Assembly (NCBI GenBank): GCA_964016885.1
Contig: OZ024743.1
Coordinates: 185,132,001 to 185,196,000 of the forward strand
Direction: 5' to 3'
DNA from: Eledone cirrhosa
Taxonomy: Eukaryota
Length of the DNA: 64,000 bases
A program made the translations under genes and the position numbers. The notes below the pieces were generated by a model that was given only the letters and a program-made list of their open reading frames with translations, ran no database searches and was not told where the DNA came from. Of this stretch, positions 1 to 12,340 are shown in pieces. The first letter of the stretch is position 1, and each line of letters begins with the position of its first letter.

Positions 1-62
1 ACGTTGTTAACTTGCACTTAAATTTCTTCTGCCACTGATTTCGTTTTAGTCAAAAGAATACA

Positions 63-505
<443 letters not shown>

Positions 506-774
506 GAATACACACACACACACTTATTACGTAGCACAGAGTGGCTGAATAAATCCAAATACCGGGACTTGACCGAACTGTCGTTTGGAGAAGTGCATGC
601 CACCTGAGGAAAGAGCCCCATGATGTGGAGTGGCTGATGCAGCAATTATCGTTGGTTGTTCCCAACACGGCAATGCTTTAACCTCCTTATCTGCCGGCTG
701 CAGCTGAGATATACCGCTTAGACTGGGGTATAGAGACTGCCGCTCCCTGTCCTTTCTCCTTACTATAGAAATGA

Positions 775-1470
775 TGGGGGAAAAGAGAAGAAAAAAGAAG
801 CCATGGGTCACTGATGACATCTTGGACCTATGTGATTTAAGATGTAACTGGAGGAAGACCAAGCTAACAGATGAGGAAGCAAGGCAACAATACAACGCTC
901 TGAATAGGAAGATCAGGAAGAAAATGAGGGAAGCCCAACAGAAGTGGATCAGACACCAGTGCAAAAACATCGAAGTTGGAATAAAAAAGGGCAACAGCAA
1001 TGCTGCTTATGAAACCCTCAAAATGCTAATAAAAAGAAATCAACACACCACCACTGTCATTGAAGACAAAACTGGCTTGCTCCTCACAGACAAGGCCGGT
1101 GTCACCAAAAGATGGAGCATACAGAATGGAGATCAGCTCAGAAAAGAACAAGATTCTGGTTAATAGTAATAATCAGAATATAGCAACCAGCATCATGCTG
1201 AACGGAGAAAATTTTGAAGAAGCGGACACTTTAAAGAACCTAGGATCTACTCTGACCAAAGACGACATATCTCAAAAGGAGACACTGACAAGGCTCAACT
1301 TGGTCACTTCTGCCATGGTAAAGATGAATACCATATGGAACCAAAGCTCAAACCGCACAAGTCCTTGGTTACTTCGATCCTTTTGTATGGGTGTGAGAGT
1401 TGGACTCTCACAGCTGTCCTGGAATGAAGAATCCAATCATTCGAGTATAAGTGCCCCCGAAGGCTGCTAC
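775..1470 (+). mobile_element. Degenerate, internally deleted RTE-like LINE fragment
   Basis: KKPWVTDDILDLCD..., then a jump to MEISSEKNKILVN...LGSTLTKD and LYGCESWTL-like thumb sequence, with frameshifts. Confidence 0.75.
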
Positions 1471-1730
1471 ACTTCTTCTTCGCCCACTTATTCCTGAGAG
1501 GGTCGTGGGGACAGAGTCCTCAAACACTCTCTCCAATGGGTCTTGTCAGAAGCAATCGTTTCCAACTGATCCGGCTCGATCCCCAAGCGAAACCAGCCAA
1601 GCTCATGGATGTTATCCTATCATCTTGCTTGGGGTCTACCCCTGGGTCTCCTATCGGTTGGCTCTGCCCGCAAAACCTTTATGAATAATTTTGTCAAGTT
1701 ATAGTTCCAGCTTTCCGAGTACCATAGCAA
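1471..1730 (-). mobile_element. 3' fragment of an RTE-like LINE family with a (GAA)n tail
   Basis: Terminus CTTCTTCGCCCACTTATT is shared with 12866 and 28531. The minus strand encodes a RPRGRP..RW-type RTE C-terminus. Confidence 0.7.
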
Positions 1731-1758
1731 TAGCTATGTATATACATATATTTATTTG

Positions 1759-2013
1759 TGTGGTTAGAAAAAGCTACTTCACTTACCGCTTATTGCTGGC
1801 ACCTCTAATCCAATGGCTGGTTTCTCCTCTCCCACGTGCGTACAATCCAACTCGTTAACCGGCAGCTCCCAAACTGACGTCCACTACCTTTGCTGACCAC
1901 CCTAGAGAGAGGCAGATCTGCTGGCCCTTCCGGTCGAGCACCCTTCCGGTCAAGCACTCTTCCGGTCGAGCACTCCCCAGCCTCCAGCCACCGCACACCA
2001 CACCATACGCACA
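1759..2013 (-). repeat. 3' LTR (255 bp)
   Basis: Near-identical to 5686-5940, with TG...CA ends. Preceded on the minus strand by a G-rich polypurine tract (2014-2022). Contains three CTTCCGGTCRAGCAC repeats. Confidence 0.92.
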
Positions 2014-2026
2014 CGCCCCCCTGATC

Positions 2027-4790
2027 TCAAGGATCAATTTCCCCCTCGTCATGCTGCATATGAAAGTCTGCTGTCCAAGTTGGTGGTTTGCGACTTCTTT
2101 GCGATCTCCGCAGTGTTGGGACGGCACTTTGGGTTTCCTCTTCCTCGGAGTCCGTTGACACAGTAATTCTACGGACATCCAGGACATGACGTGGTACTCC
2201 GTCCACGAACACATTGTTCTGGGAATTTATGGCCGTCACCGTTCCCCTTCCCTATTGAGATGTGCAACGTGCATCTGGGGGCTTAACCCAGACTTCTTCG
2301 CCCACCTGCACGAATGCATTCTCTCTCTCCACTGGCCGTTGTGGTGGCGTGCACGGGTGCCACCACTCGTATCTGAATACTTCTCTGTGTGGCACCGATT
2401 CCTCAACCTGTCCCACCCGAGGAGACATGTTGTACCAGAACACTGCCTCCATTGGTGAGATGTGGCCCCGCTCCGCAATTGCTTTGATCGTCCGGTGGTG
2501 TCGCTCCACGATTCCATTTCCGCTCGGCCTGTACGCTGCTCTGAAGAAACGGTCCACCTTCCATCTATCGAGCATCTCCCTCAGCGCCTCCGAGCAGAAC
2601 ACTGCGCTGTTGTCCATCAGCAGTTCGCCCACAGGGCCTCGCTCCGAGAACATCTCTCTCAACGTCCGCGTGTATTCCTCGGCCGTTCCAGTCTTCATCT
2701 CTCTCCATATCGCCATCCGTCCCGGTCCACAGTCGACCATTGAGAGGTATGTTTCTTGTCGGTAGTGTGTTACATCCACCGCCAATCGCTTCCAGTCGCG
2801 ATCCACCGGGAGGCTTCCCGTTTCGTGCACACTCGGGGCAGGATCAATGAAGTGACATCGGACGCAGCCTCTAACCACTCTTTGAACACTGTGTCTGCTA
2901 ACGTCCGAGTCGATTCTCCTGGCTAGGAACAGAGTCCTATCCACTCCCATGTGGTGCATGTCATGCAACCCTTTCAGATCCGACTCGGTCAGCCGACACA
3001 CAGCAGCTATCTCCTCTTCTACATCCTCCGGCGCTTCCATCCAGGCTTTCTTCACCCTGGTTAAAACGTCCGCCCTATTTTTCTCTGAGGGCACGAAAAC
3101 TACGCTCAGCGTCAGGTCGAACTCGGTAGCCAGCTCTCCTAAAGTTCCCAGGCGGCGCTTTATCAGCATCTCCGCCGCCCCTCTCGTTCGCACTCTCTTC
3201 TCACTGGTGAGCACTGATCTCACCCATCCGAGTACAGTAGCCGAGTCGATGGTGCGCAGTCCCCAGCTCAGAGCGAGGTTCACCCCTCTCAACACCGCGT
3301 CCAGTTCGGCCACATTGATGTGATTGCAATCGTCCTTCTTCCTAAGCCAGGCTGCATCCTCAACCTCAACACCTCCTATCTCCAACGTGACACCTAGCGC
3401 TATGCTGCTGGCATCGCACCATACGGTCCCGCTCTGCGATTTGGGAACATACCAGCGTCCCCGCACTGGGGCGTCGGCCTTCACCCTCTCCACGATCTCC
3501 TGCATCATGGCCACCGTCCTCTCTCCCACTCTGTCACTCTAAGTCACCCCGCCCGCTCGTCTCTTGACATAGCTGCATGCCGTCCGGAGCCACCCATCAA
3601 TCGGGTAGTGACCCACCAACTTTCCGCACGCCGAGAAAAGCTCCCGCCTACTCATACTTGGGCCTAGTTCTGGAACTTCATTTCCCCTATGGAATACTAA
3701 CACGCCCGTCCTGTCTCGCCGCAGCCTAAGTCCCAGCACGGGCTCCTCCCTCCAACACTTCTGACGGCTTCGCAGCCAGTCCATACCCCTGTAAATGGCT
3801 CGTGACCTCCGCCGCCGACGCTACAGACTCGTCCACTAGGATGTCGTCAATGTAGGAATTAGTGGCCCTCTTCATCTTGTCGGCCTTTCCCAGAATGGTC
3901 TTGAGGACCGCCGCTATGATCTTCGATGCAGAGCTCAGCCCGAAACCGAGCCTGGTGAGGCAATATGTCCGGCCCTTATACCTGACCAGCTGATACTGCC
4001 AGAGCTTCTCATCTATGTGTAATTGTAAGTATGCCGACTTTAGATCGACGATTGCGGAAGCCTCCTCCATGCATCTCCACTCACGCAGGGTTTCCCCACA
4101 GACATCCGTGACCTCGCCACCCATGTAGCATGACACGTGCTCGTTCAGCTCCCGAAAGTCCAGTACCGACCTCACCTTGTTCTTCGTGGGTTACGCCACT
4201 GCCATTAACGGCAATACTCCACACAACACCTCTTCTTTCCAGGGAAGCAGTATGCCCTCCTCAATCCATCTCTCTACCTCTCGCTCCTAATGTCTCCCTT
4301 CAATGTGTGTTGATAGCAGCCCACTTTGGTCTTCAGTGTTGGTGGTTCTCCCTTCCAGTACCACTCAACAACCCATCGTTCCCCATCGAACACGGTCTTG
4401 AAGTCTTTGTCCTGTACAGTGTAAGCGGGATATAACTCCTCGTGGGCCTTCTGGTTCTCCTGTCGCGTACTCACAGCGCATACCGATGCGGCGCCACCAA
4501 ACGACACACCGACATTGTTCATTGTGACGCCTCCTAGACGGCCAATTGCGTCCATGCCCATAACTACGCCGATCCCATCCACCACGTTGTCGACTACGAT
4601 GGCAGAAAGCCTTATTTTCTTTCCCCGTACCGGCATGTCCACCTCGGCATTCAATTTTTCTACCGTCGACTGCCCTTACGCTGCTCTTCCCTCTCCACCT
4701 CTGCGCCACCCCCGCGGTCACTAGTGTTGTCGTACAGCCCGTCTCCACGAGGGCTCGCTGTGGCTTTCCCCTTACGAAGACTTTCACCAC
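2027..4790 (-). pseudogene. Frameshifted gypsy pol: protease, RT, RNase H, integrase
   Basis: Protease ALVETG (degenerate DTG). RT LDFRELN, VDLKSAYLQ, LGFGLSS, YIDD. RNase H WCDAS, AELDA, NRADVLTR. Integrase H..H..CVRC, DVT, MDN, NGIVERHHRTIK. Confidence 0.9.
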
Positions 4791-4801
4791 GGGCAGCGCC
4801 T

Positions 4802-5560
4802 CTACTCGTAGTAGTTCCCAGTAGTTACCCTTGGATCGTTTCCCTGGTCGCAGCTAGTAGGGATGTGGCCTGTTCGCTTACACCAGTAGCATATTTTGTC
4901 CGACCTTGAATCTCTAGTCTCGCGCCATGTGCGGGCCCTGGCACCTAAAACAACGACCTCTAAACGTTCGCGGGCGACCGCGTGCCGTGGTTGCCTCCCT
5001 TTCACCATTTCGCTGCCAGCTGCCTTGGGCCTCTGTCATTGCTATCGCCGCGACACTCTTCTTGGCATCTTCTGCTATGATGCGGGCTTACTCCACCAGT
5101 GCACGCATCTCCATTTCCTTGTAACCCGGGACTTGCTGCAGTTTCACCGCTATGTCGTCTGCAAATCCATTTATGAACGCCAACCGCACCGTGCGTTCGC
5201 ATTCCACCTGATATCCAGCCAACATGGCCAATCGCCGTATTTCTGCTGCGAAAATGTCAACGCGTTCACCGTTCCATCTAATCCTTGCCAGCTTAGCAAA
5301 AGCGGCTAACAGTCCTTCCGCAAACGCTTCCATCATACGCCTCTCAATCTTTTGCGCATCCCTTTGGCTGTGTTCATCCATCTCTAGGAAGAGTGCCAAT
5401 GCATCAACGCATCCCCTTCGAGGTACAGTGCCACGAGGCCAGCCACATCTTCTATCTTCTGTAAGCTTGCGACCAGCCGGACTTTTCGCAACCAGACGAC
5501 ATCGCCTTCACCGGTAAATGCTCTAATCGTTTCTCCGCTCATTCGTAATCTCATCGCCAT
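4802..5560 (-). pseudogene. Frameshifted gag with CCHC zinc knuckle
   Basis: ATG at 5560 (MAMRLRMSGETIRAFTGEGDV...), then GERVDIFAAEIRRLA and CYWCKRTGHIPTSC (CX2CX4HX4C). Confidence 0.8.
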
Positions 5561-5673
5561 ATCCTAATTTTGTCCTGCGGTAAGTAATAAAAAAACAGCA
5601 AACTCCTCTCTGTTCTCCAGTAGCATTGTTTTCGAGAAAGTTTTTATTATTTTTTTTTTTATCGTCTTCCAGT

Positions 5674-5685
5674 GCCGAAATAGCT
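5674..5685 (-). promoter_or_regulatory. Non-canonical primer-binding site complementary to tRNA-Phe nt 1-12 (second copy 6206-6217)
   Basis: Abuts the LTR. The plus strand reads GCCGAAATAGCT, the 5' end of metazoan tRNA-Phe(GAA) as recalled. No TGG start. Confidence 0.65.
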
Positions 5686-5940
5686 TGTGGTTAGATAAAG
5701 CTACTTCACTTACCGCTTATTGCTGGCACCTCTAATCCAATGGCTGGTTTCTCCTCTCCCACGTACGTACAATCCAACTCGTTAACCGGCAGCTCCCAAA
5801 CTGACGTCCACTACCTTCGCTGACCACGCTAGAGAGAGGCAGACCTGCTGGTCCTTCCGGTCGAGCACCCTTCCGGTCAAGCACTCTTCCGGTCGAGCAC
5901 TCCCCAGCCTCCGGCCACCGCACACCACACCATACCCACA
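5686..5940 (-). repeat. Shared middle LTR (255 bp)
   Basis: Copy of 1759-2013. It has the PBS on one side and a second copy of the PPT-proximal internal sequence on the other. Confidence 0.92.
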
Positions 5941-6217
5941 CACATCCCTGATCTCAAGGATCAATTTCCCCCTCGTCCTGCTGCATATGAAAGTCTGCTG
6001 TCCAGGTTGGTGGTTTACGACTTCTTTGCGATCTCCGCAGTGTTGGGACGGCGTTTGGGTTTCCTCTTCCTCGGATCAATGAAGTGACCTCGGACGCAGC
6101 CTCTAACCACTCTTTGAACACTGTGTCTGCTAACGTCCGAGTCGATTCTCCTGGCTAGGAACAGAGTCCTATCCACTCCCTTTTTTTTTTTTATCGTCTT
6201 CCAGTGCCGAAATAGCT

Positions 6218-6384
6218 TGTGGTTAGAAAAAGCTACTTCACTTACCGCTTATTGCTGACACCTCTAATCCAATGGCTGGTTTCTCCTCTCCCACGTGCGT
6301 ACAATCCAGCCCTCTTCCGGTCGAGCCCTCTTCCGGTCGAGCACTTTCCAGCCTCCGGCCACCGCACACCACACCATACCCACA
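6218..6384 (-). repeat. Third LTR, internally deleted (167 bp)
   Basis: Same termini as the other LTRs but lacking the central segment. Abuts the second PBS copy. Confidence 0.88.
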
Positions 6385-6551
6385 ATTAGCATGGCTCTAC
6401 TCGAACAGCGTTAATTTAGGCTGTATAACAACAAGGTATTCACATATTTCTATTACCTCGTCTTCACCGCCAAAACTAACCTAGTGCTACATAACAGCAA
6501 CAATAACAACATCAACAACAAAAACAGCAAGAACAACATATTCATTTACTT

Positions 6552-7634
6552 TTATTCGTCTGATTTATTACAATTGGAACACAAGATATTATTTTTATAT
6601 AGGTTCACAATTTCGTGCCTGAGAGGAGGCGTGAAGATAACGAACAATATTGGGGTAACTATAGTGTTGAAATAATAAGACTTAATAGATATATTGAACA
6701 ACCTGTTTTCCACCATCGCCCTATTATTTTCACCGACATACATTGTTGAAGATAAAAACGTTATTGTGAAATGAGGGATATAACTTAAACACCATGAAAG
6801 ACTTATAGAAAATATTCTGTATGAGATTAGAGATTTTTTGTGTCGTTCTTCTGCAAGATTTCTCTGCATTTTAGATTTCGAATCTGTGAGTGATTCAACT
6901 ATCGGTGATTCAACTGTCGGGGATTCATGAGAATCCGAACGTGGTGGATTACTTAACTCTATTAATCTTGTTTTACATCGAATGTATTTGTTCAGCTTTA
7001 GATTTACTTTAATATACATTATAATAAATATCAACCCTATTATTGTGTATGTTACCAACGTGAAACAAAAAAATCCCAATGTGAAGAATGGAAAAGATGT
7101 ATCTGAAATCGAGCAATTGGTACCATTTAAGACATAATTTTCTAAAGGAATGTTTCTGACACCACTAACGTAAAAGTAACTGGGCATCCACATAATTTTC
7201 ACTACAATGATTAAGTAGAGGATTCTCTTGCTATCCTCCATGGTGAATTGAGGCTCAAACGGCCGACATACATTTTTAAAGTGATTCACAGCAATTGCAA
7301 ATATTATCAATCCTGGTATAGTAGACGCCACGAAAATCATAGACTGCATAAAACGACAAAGTATATCGTTTTCGAAAATATATGGATAATTAAGTAAATA
7401 AATCTCCATAGGTATACAAAATAAAGAGTTTATAACCATACTGTAGCCCAAATAGATCACAAGCAAATTCGAAGAGGATGGACAGAATTTAAACTGATGT
7501 ATATAGACAAGGAAACCATTAGCAATAGAAGCTATCACCATAATGATGATTAAAATGATAATTACAGGCATGTCCTTTTCCACTTTATCTTGGTTGAACA
7601 ATTCTAAATCCTTGCGATCTGAATCTGTCACCAT
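6552..7634 (-). CDS. Class-A (rhodopsin-like) orphan GPCR, single coding exon, 360 aa
   Basis: Uninterrupted ORF with seven hydrophobic segments, TM1 Asn (IANG), TM3 Cys, IAVNHF..VCRPF, ECL2 Cys, WCLSYIP and NTIVTPILF. Start context ACC-ATG-G. Putative 5'UTR intron 7678-7887 (GTGAGT...CTGCAG). Confidence 0.85.
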   Translation of the reverse strand: MVTDSDRKDLELFNQDKVEKDMPVIIILIIIMVIASIANGFLVYIHQFKFCPSSSNLLVIYLGYSMVINSLFCIPMEIYLLNYPYIFENDILCRFMQSMIFVASTIPGLIIFAIAVNHFKNVCRPFEPQFTMEDSKRILYLIIVVKIMWMPSYFYVSGVRNIPLENYVLNGTNCSISDTSFPFFTLGFFCFTLVTYTIIGLIFIIMYIKVNLKLNKYIRCKTRLIELSNPPRSDSHESPTVESPIVESLTDSKSKMQRNLAEERHKKSLISYRIFSISLSWCLSYIPHFTITFLSSTMYVGENNRAMVENRLFNISIKSYYFNTIVTPILFVIFTPPLRHEIVNLYKNNILCSNCNKSDE

Positions 7635-8854
7635 GGTGCATGGGAATAATTGAACTAGTCGCAGGTTCAATAATTATCTGCAGAAAGTAAATATTAAATG
7701 AAAATAATTATAATGGGATACAAGATGAGTTTTAATCAATGCTATAAAAATAACATTTCTAAACATTCACTGATTTAAAAAGATATAAATAGAATTCTTG
7801 ACATTGTATAATCTCGGTAAATTAATTTGTTCAGAAACATTTAAAATCTACTGACACGAAAATAAAAATTCATGTCAGTATACTCACAAATTCCTTAACA
7901 TTTTGTAAAGTTCGATAAACTTAACAAGAAATGAACAGTTAGACTAAGAAATTATATTATTACCCGCATACATCCAGTTAATCTGAAAAACGTTGACAAA
8001 TTTTGTCTGTGCCTTTTGCTTCTTCACGTTCTAGAAGCAAGTTACTATAAAGAAATTATGGAAAAATTCTGTAGAAATTATGTTGACTTTTAAAGATGAT
8101 TGCATACGTTCGAGGTTATTGGAAAACAACAATGAGTAGAAGCTGCATGCAATTAATTAAATTTTGATTAAAAACAGAACAAATTGTCAGAAAATAGGAA
8201 CTTTCTTAGGTGTTTTGATGATAGGCGCCTGAATCCTATAATGCAAAGATCTATGTACACCGGTTGAAGTATACATCTAATATACACCATTTTCCCCTTC
8301 CCTACCCCTTCTATACACTTCCCACCCTTCACCCATGTCCTTACACCATCCCTTCTCCACACTGTAAATGGCCAGATACAAATGAGACAACTTGTCTTAC
8401 CCATGTTAACGTGAAAAAATGGATATTAAGTGATGATAATATATATATCATCATTATTATCATCATCATCATCATTTTATGTCCGTTTTTCCCTGCTTGC
8501 AAGGGTGGGATGGTTTATATATATATATACACTCTCTCACCCAAAAATGTATACACAGTTTGAATGATGATCAAAACAATGTTTATATTCCAGCACCAGA
8601 ACATGCCCTCAATGAAAATATGGACTGAAGAGTTGAATTTTGTGAGTGGTACTTGATGAAATGTGATTGAAAGGGATTGCACCCATATACCAAATGAAAT
8701 GATTCCTGAAGTCATCAATTCCATCCATGTGCCTAGACCAGAGAGGTTATTATTTTGAACACATTAAAGGCAAAGTTAATCCCGCCGAGGTTAACTTTGC
8801 CTTTCATCCTTACGGGGTCGATAAAATAAAGTACCAGTAATGTACTGGATAATT

Positions 8855-9950
8855 GCTGGCTTTGTGCATTAAAAGGACCTACCACAAAATTCTAACACTT
8901 GAGGACATTTCCCACAAACTAGCTGGAGCTAAATATTTTACAAAATTAGAGCAAAACATGGATACTGGGCAATACATGATGAGGAACCAAGTCTGCTTAC
9001 ATAGTTCAATACACCTTTTGGGATATACATATATCAAAAGCGTCTTTTGAGGCAGCAAAAAATGAACCAAATATTAGAATATAAGAGCCATTGGTATATC
9101 TGAGGATGTTTGCATATATGGCAAAACAATTGAGAAAGAAGGATGGATATGGAAGAATCAAGTTTGCTTATATGCTTCAATTCATCTTTTGGTAGATATA
9201 GATATTTAAGGTGTCCCTTTGGGCTCAAGATATCTCAGGACATATATTAGCAAAAAGTGGACCACCCCACTGGACAGTCACTTAAAATCATCAGCAGAGT
9301 TTCTATTCAATAGAAAAATAAGAACAAGAATTCCAATTATGTTGAACACTGACACTCCAAAAGACAATCAAATCCCAGAAAGGATGAATGTCAAAAGCAA
9401 GAAACAACAACAATACAACAACAAAATTGCAAAAGTCCTTGAATTGGTGATAGGCAGCAAAGTGTCAGTCCTTAAAAAAAAATACACATGGCAACCAGCA
9501 ACAGACATAGACAAATGTACAAAACCACGTAACTATATTGTCAGAATGCACAGCAATGGAAAATTGCTCTGATGCAACTGGCAATACCCACAGGAGTTAT
9601 ACAGTCCACAGAAATGTGTTGCCTTCAGTTTATCAGCTCAACAGATAAGAGACAATGATTCATCAGCGTCGGCCTACAGGGGTGCTGGTCCCACGGTGAA
9701 CATCAGTTCTACAGTTCAGTGTTTCTGGCTGATGTCGACTGACCAGTAACCAGCGCCACCAGACCACCCTATGAGAATAACAATGCCCCCAGCAAAACTT
9801 AAGGACTTCGTATGGAACATAGATATCTAGCACATTGACTAATTCATAATTTCTAACTTCTCGTTTGATAAGAGATGTAACATAACTATGTTTCGATTTA
9901 ATATTTCATAAATTATGTCCCTTTGAGTGTACCTTAAAAAAAAATGTCAC
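8855..9950 (+). mobile_element. Decayed gypsy relic (RT and integrase pieces)
   Basis: CIKRTYHKILTLEDISHKLAGAKYFTKL (RT), SAEFLFNRKIRTRIP (integrase C-terminus) and a PPAKLKDFV end, then AAGAGA-TGTAAC resembling a PPT/LTR start. Confidence 0.7.
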
Positions 9951-9959
9951 GTGACTATT

Positions 9960-11900
9960 AAAGAAAAAAATAACTATTTTTATAGAAAACTGGAAATGGA
10001 TCTAGATTCAGATTATGCCCCCAGCACTTTTAATGTTGCAATCCCTTTAACCACTAACAATTGCCAAACTCACCAAATAAAGCCTAAAGTAAGAAAATAT
10101 CAATTTCACAAGACTGACTGAACTAAGTTTACTAATTATTTAAAAGCAGAACTATCACCCTACAACAAATTTTACAATAACGAATCAGCTGAAGAACTAA
10201 AAACAAGTCTACAAATATTTATTGACAAAATACAAGATACCATAACAATAATAAAGATAACAACTACAATAAGGTATAGTAGAGCAAAGAATTAAAACAA
10301 CTAAGAAAATAAATGACCCAATCATTAAAAAAGTGGAAATACCAATCAACAGATTCCAATAATGAAAATTATAAAGGGTTAACGATAAAGTTTAAAAGGC
10401 AAATAAAACAAGCCAAAAATGATTTCTGGTCTAGCAAAGCTAATCTGGAGTCCACCAGCAATAAAGGGAGCATATACAATTCAAGGATTGACCCCTCTCC
10501 TCATAAGCAAATCAAGAGCTATTAATACATGATCACAAAAGTGAGGTAATCTCAGACACTTCCAAACTTTCATTGCTATTTGCAGAATCGTTTTTCCACA
10601 ATTTTTCGTTTAGAGAACCCAATCCTAATTACAAAGCTCCTACCCCTGTCACTCCAAATGTAGACTTCCCTCCAATTATTGAACAAGAACTACTAGCAGT
10701 TAAGGATGAGTTAAAAGAGGAAGTGGCCACAGGTCCATATGGAATATCTAACTTAATCATAAATGAAAAATGGAGTGTAATACAATAGTGTTAAACATAT
10801 TTAATAGTATAATTAAATTTCAACATCATCCAGATACATGGAAATTTACCCATACATTAGTAACACCCAAACCAAATAAGGACAATTATCACTCTATGAG
10901 ATTGTAGTAAGATGCCTCTTACTACAAGATCATATCAACATACCCTTCCAGAGTATGTTGATAACAACTTACTCTGTTCTTCAATGTCGAGGGCTCTCCA
11001 ATACCATTATCCACCACTGACCATCAAACAGCCCTAAAATCCTTGTCTTGCATGGTATGAAGTGCACTTTTTTCTTCATGGATCTCCCTGTTGCACACTC
11101 ACGGTGCATGGTATTCTCGTGCTATCAAATGTTACCCTGTTCTCACTTACTGTAACGCCTCCTAAGCAGCCAATCACATCCATGTCCATTACCACATCAA
11201 TTCCATCTATCATGTGATTGAACACGATCATTCGCAGATTTATTTTTATTCCTTATACCGCCATCTCCACCTCACTGCTACCTCTGCATCTAATCTCCCT
11301 GCTGTCGACTACTCCTACACTACTCATCGCACTCCACTTTTAAACCACCTCAGGGTCACTAATGTCCACAAAGGCTCATGATAGCTCTGCTATTGAAAGT
11401 GCTCTGCTAAGAATACCTCTCAGAGAATAAACAAATAACATTGATTTGGATACCTGGCTATACAGATATTAGAGGAAATAGGAAAGCAGATGAATTAGCA
11501 AAGAAGGGGGTACAAAGAGAAATAATAGATATAAACTATATCTCAAATATATCACATTTAGCAAAAATACAATTGAGTCAAGGAAGAGAAAAATTGGGGA
11601 AAATCTAGATACGCTCTCAAATTTCAATCCTACATTTTCTCAACCACATCTGACAATATTTAAAACACATCAGACATTAGCAATGTTAATAAAAAAGACT
11701 ATACTAGCTTCAAATTGGACATGTACCATTGAATTACATTTTATCACAAACTGGTCATAGAAAATCACCTCTATGTTCTTGTGGTGATTTCTCAGAAATA
11801 TAATAACTATCAGTCTGAGAAAAAGGACATTTTGAAGCCAATAATTTATTTAAAAAATACCAAGATTGGAGATACAATATATTGAAAAAGATCTACCAAC
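9960..11900 (+). mobile_element. Highly decayed LINE (I/Jockey/R1 group) interrupted by a gypsy protease relic at ~10940-11370 (minus strand)
   Basis: KYQFHKTD, ATGPYGISNL, PDTWK..TPKPNKDNY and a C-terminal GH..LN..LCSCG. The insert encodes MQDKDFRAV, similar to VQDKDFKTV in the 1759-6384 element. Confidence 0.55.
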
Positions 11901-12340
11901 TATAAACAGAATCTTTGATTACAGAGAGGTTACGAAAAGATGCAACAACAGAACCTCCTAGCTTCTTTACATCTTCCCTTGCTTCCCATTTTTTCTTTAT
12001 ATTTGTTATGCTTATTTTGCCACACATTGGCCTTCCCTATTTAATAGTTTATTTTATTTTATTTTTACTTTTATATTCACTTATCTCTGTATATTTTGCT
12101 TGTTGTTTCTCAGCTGTAAGAAGTACTAGGTACATTCCCTCGTCTATTGTGGCTTACTAGCTCTATACGGACGTTTAAATTTATTAAATAAAAAAATAAA
12201 ATAGTGAAATAAAGTAACACGTTTAAATGTCTGCTTCATTTGTGTAAAACATGTCAGGTGACATTGCATATATGTGTGTGTTTGTTTTACTTAGATGTGT
12301 ATATCATCATCATCATCATCATATATATATATATATATAT

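Larger units (their letters stand above)
1759..6384 (-). mobile_element. Compact Ty3/gypsy LTR retrotransposon in a three-LTR tandem (full unit plus internally deleted unit)
   Basis: Three TGTG...CACA LTRs. Domain order on the minus strand is gag-PR-RT-RH-IN. Possible degenerate 5-bp TSD ATTTG/ATTAG (1754-1758, 6385-6389). Confidence 0.92.

Noticed and set aside
527-1000. Hydrophobic 157-aa minus-strand ORF and similar antisense ORFs over LINEs and the gypsy element
   Set aside because: Shadow frames of retroelement coding sequence with no independent motifs.
7635-7670. TTG-started N-terminal extension of the GPCR in the ORF track
   Set aside because: Eukaryotic context; ATG 7634 has a strong Kozak sequence and an acceptor lies just upstream.
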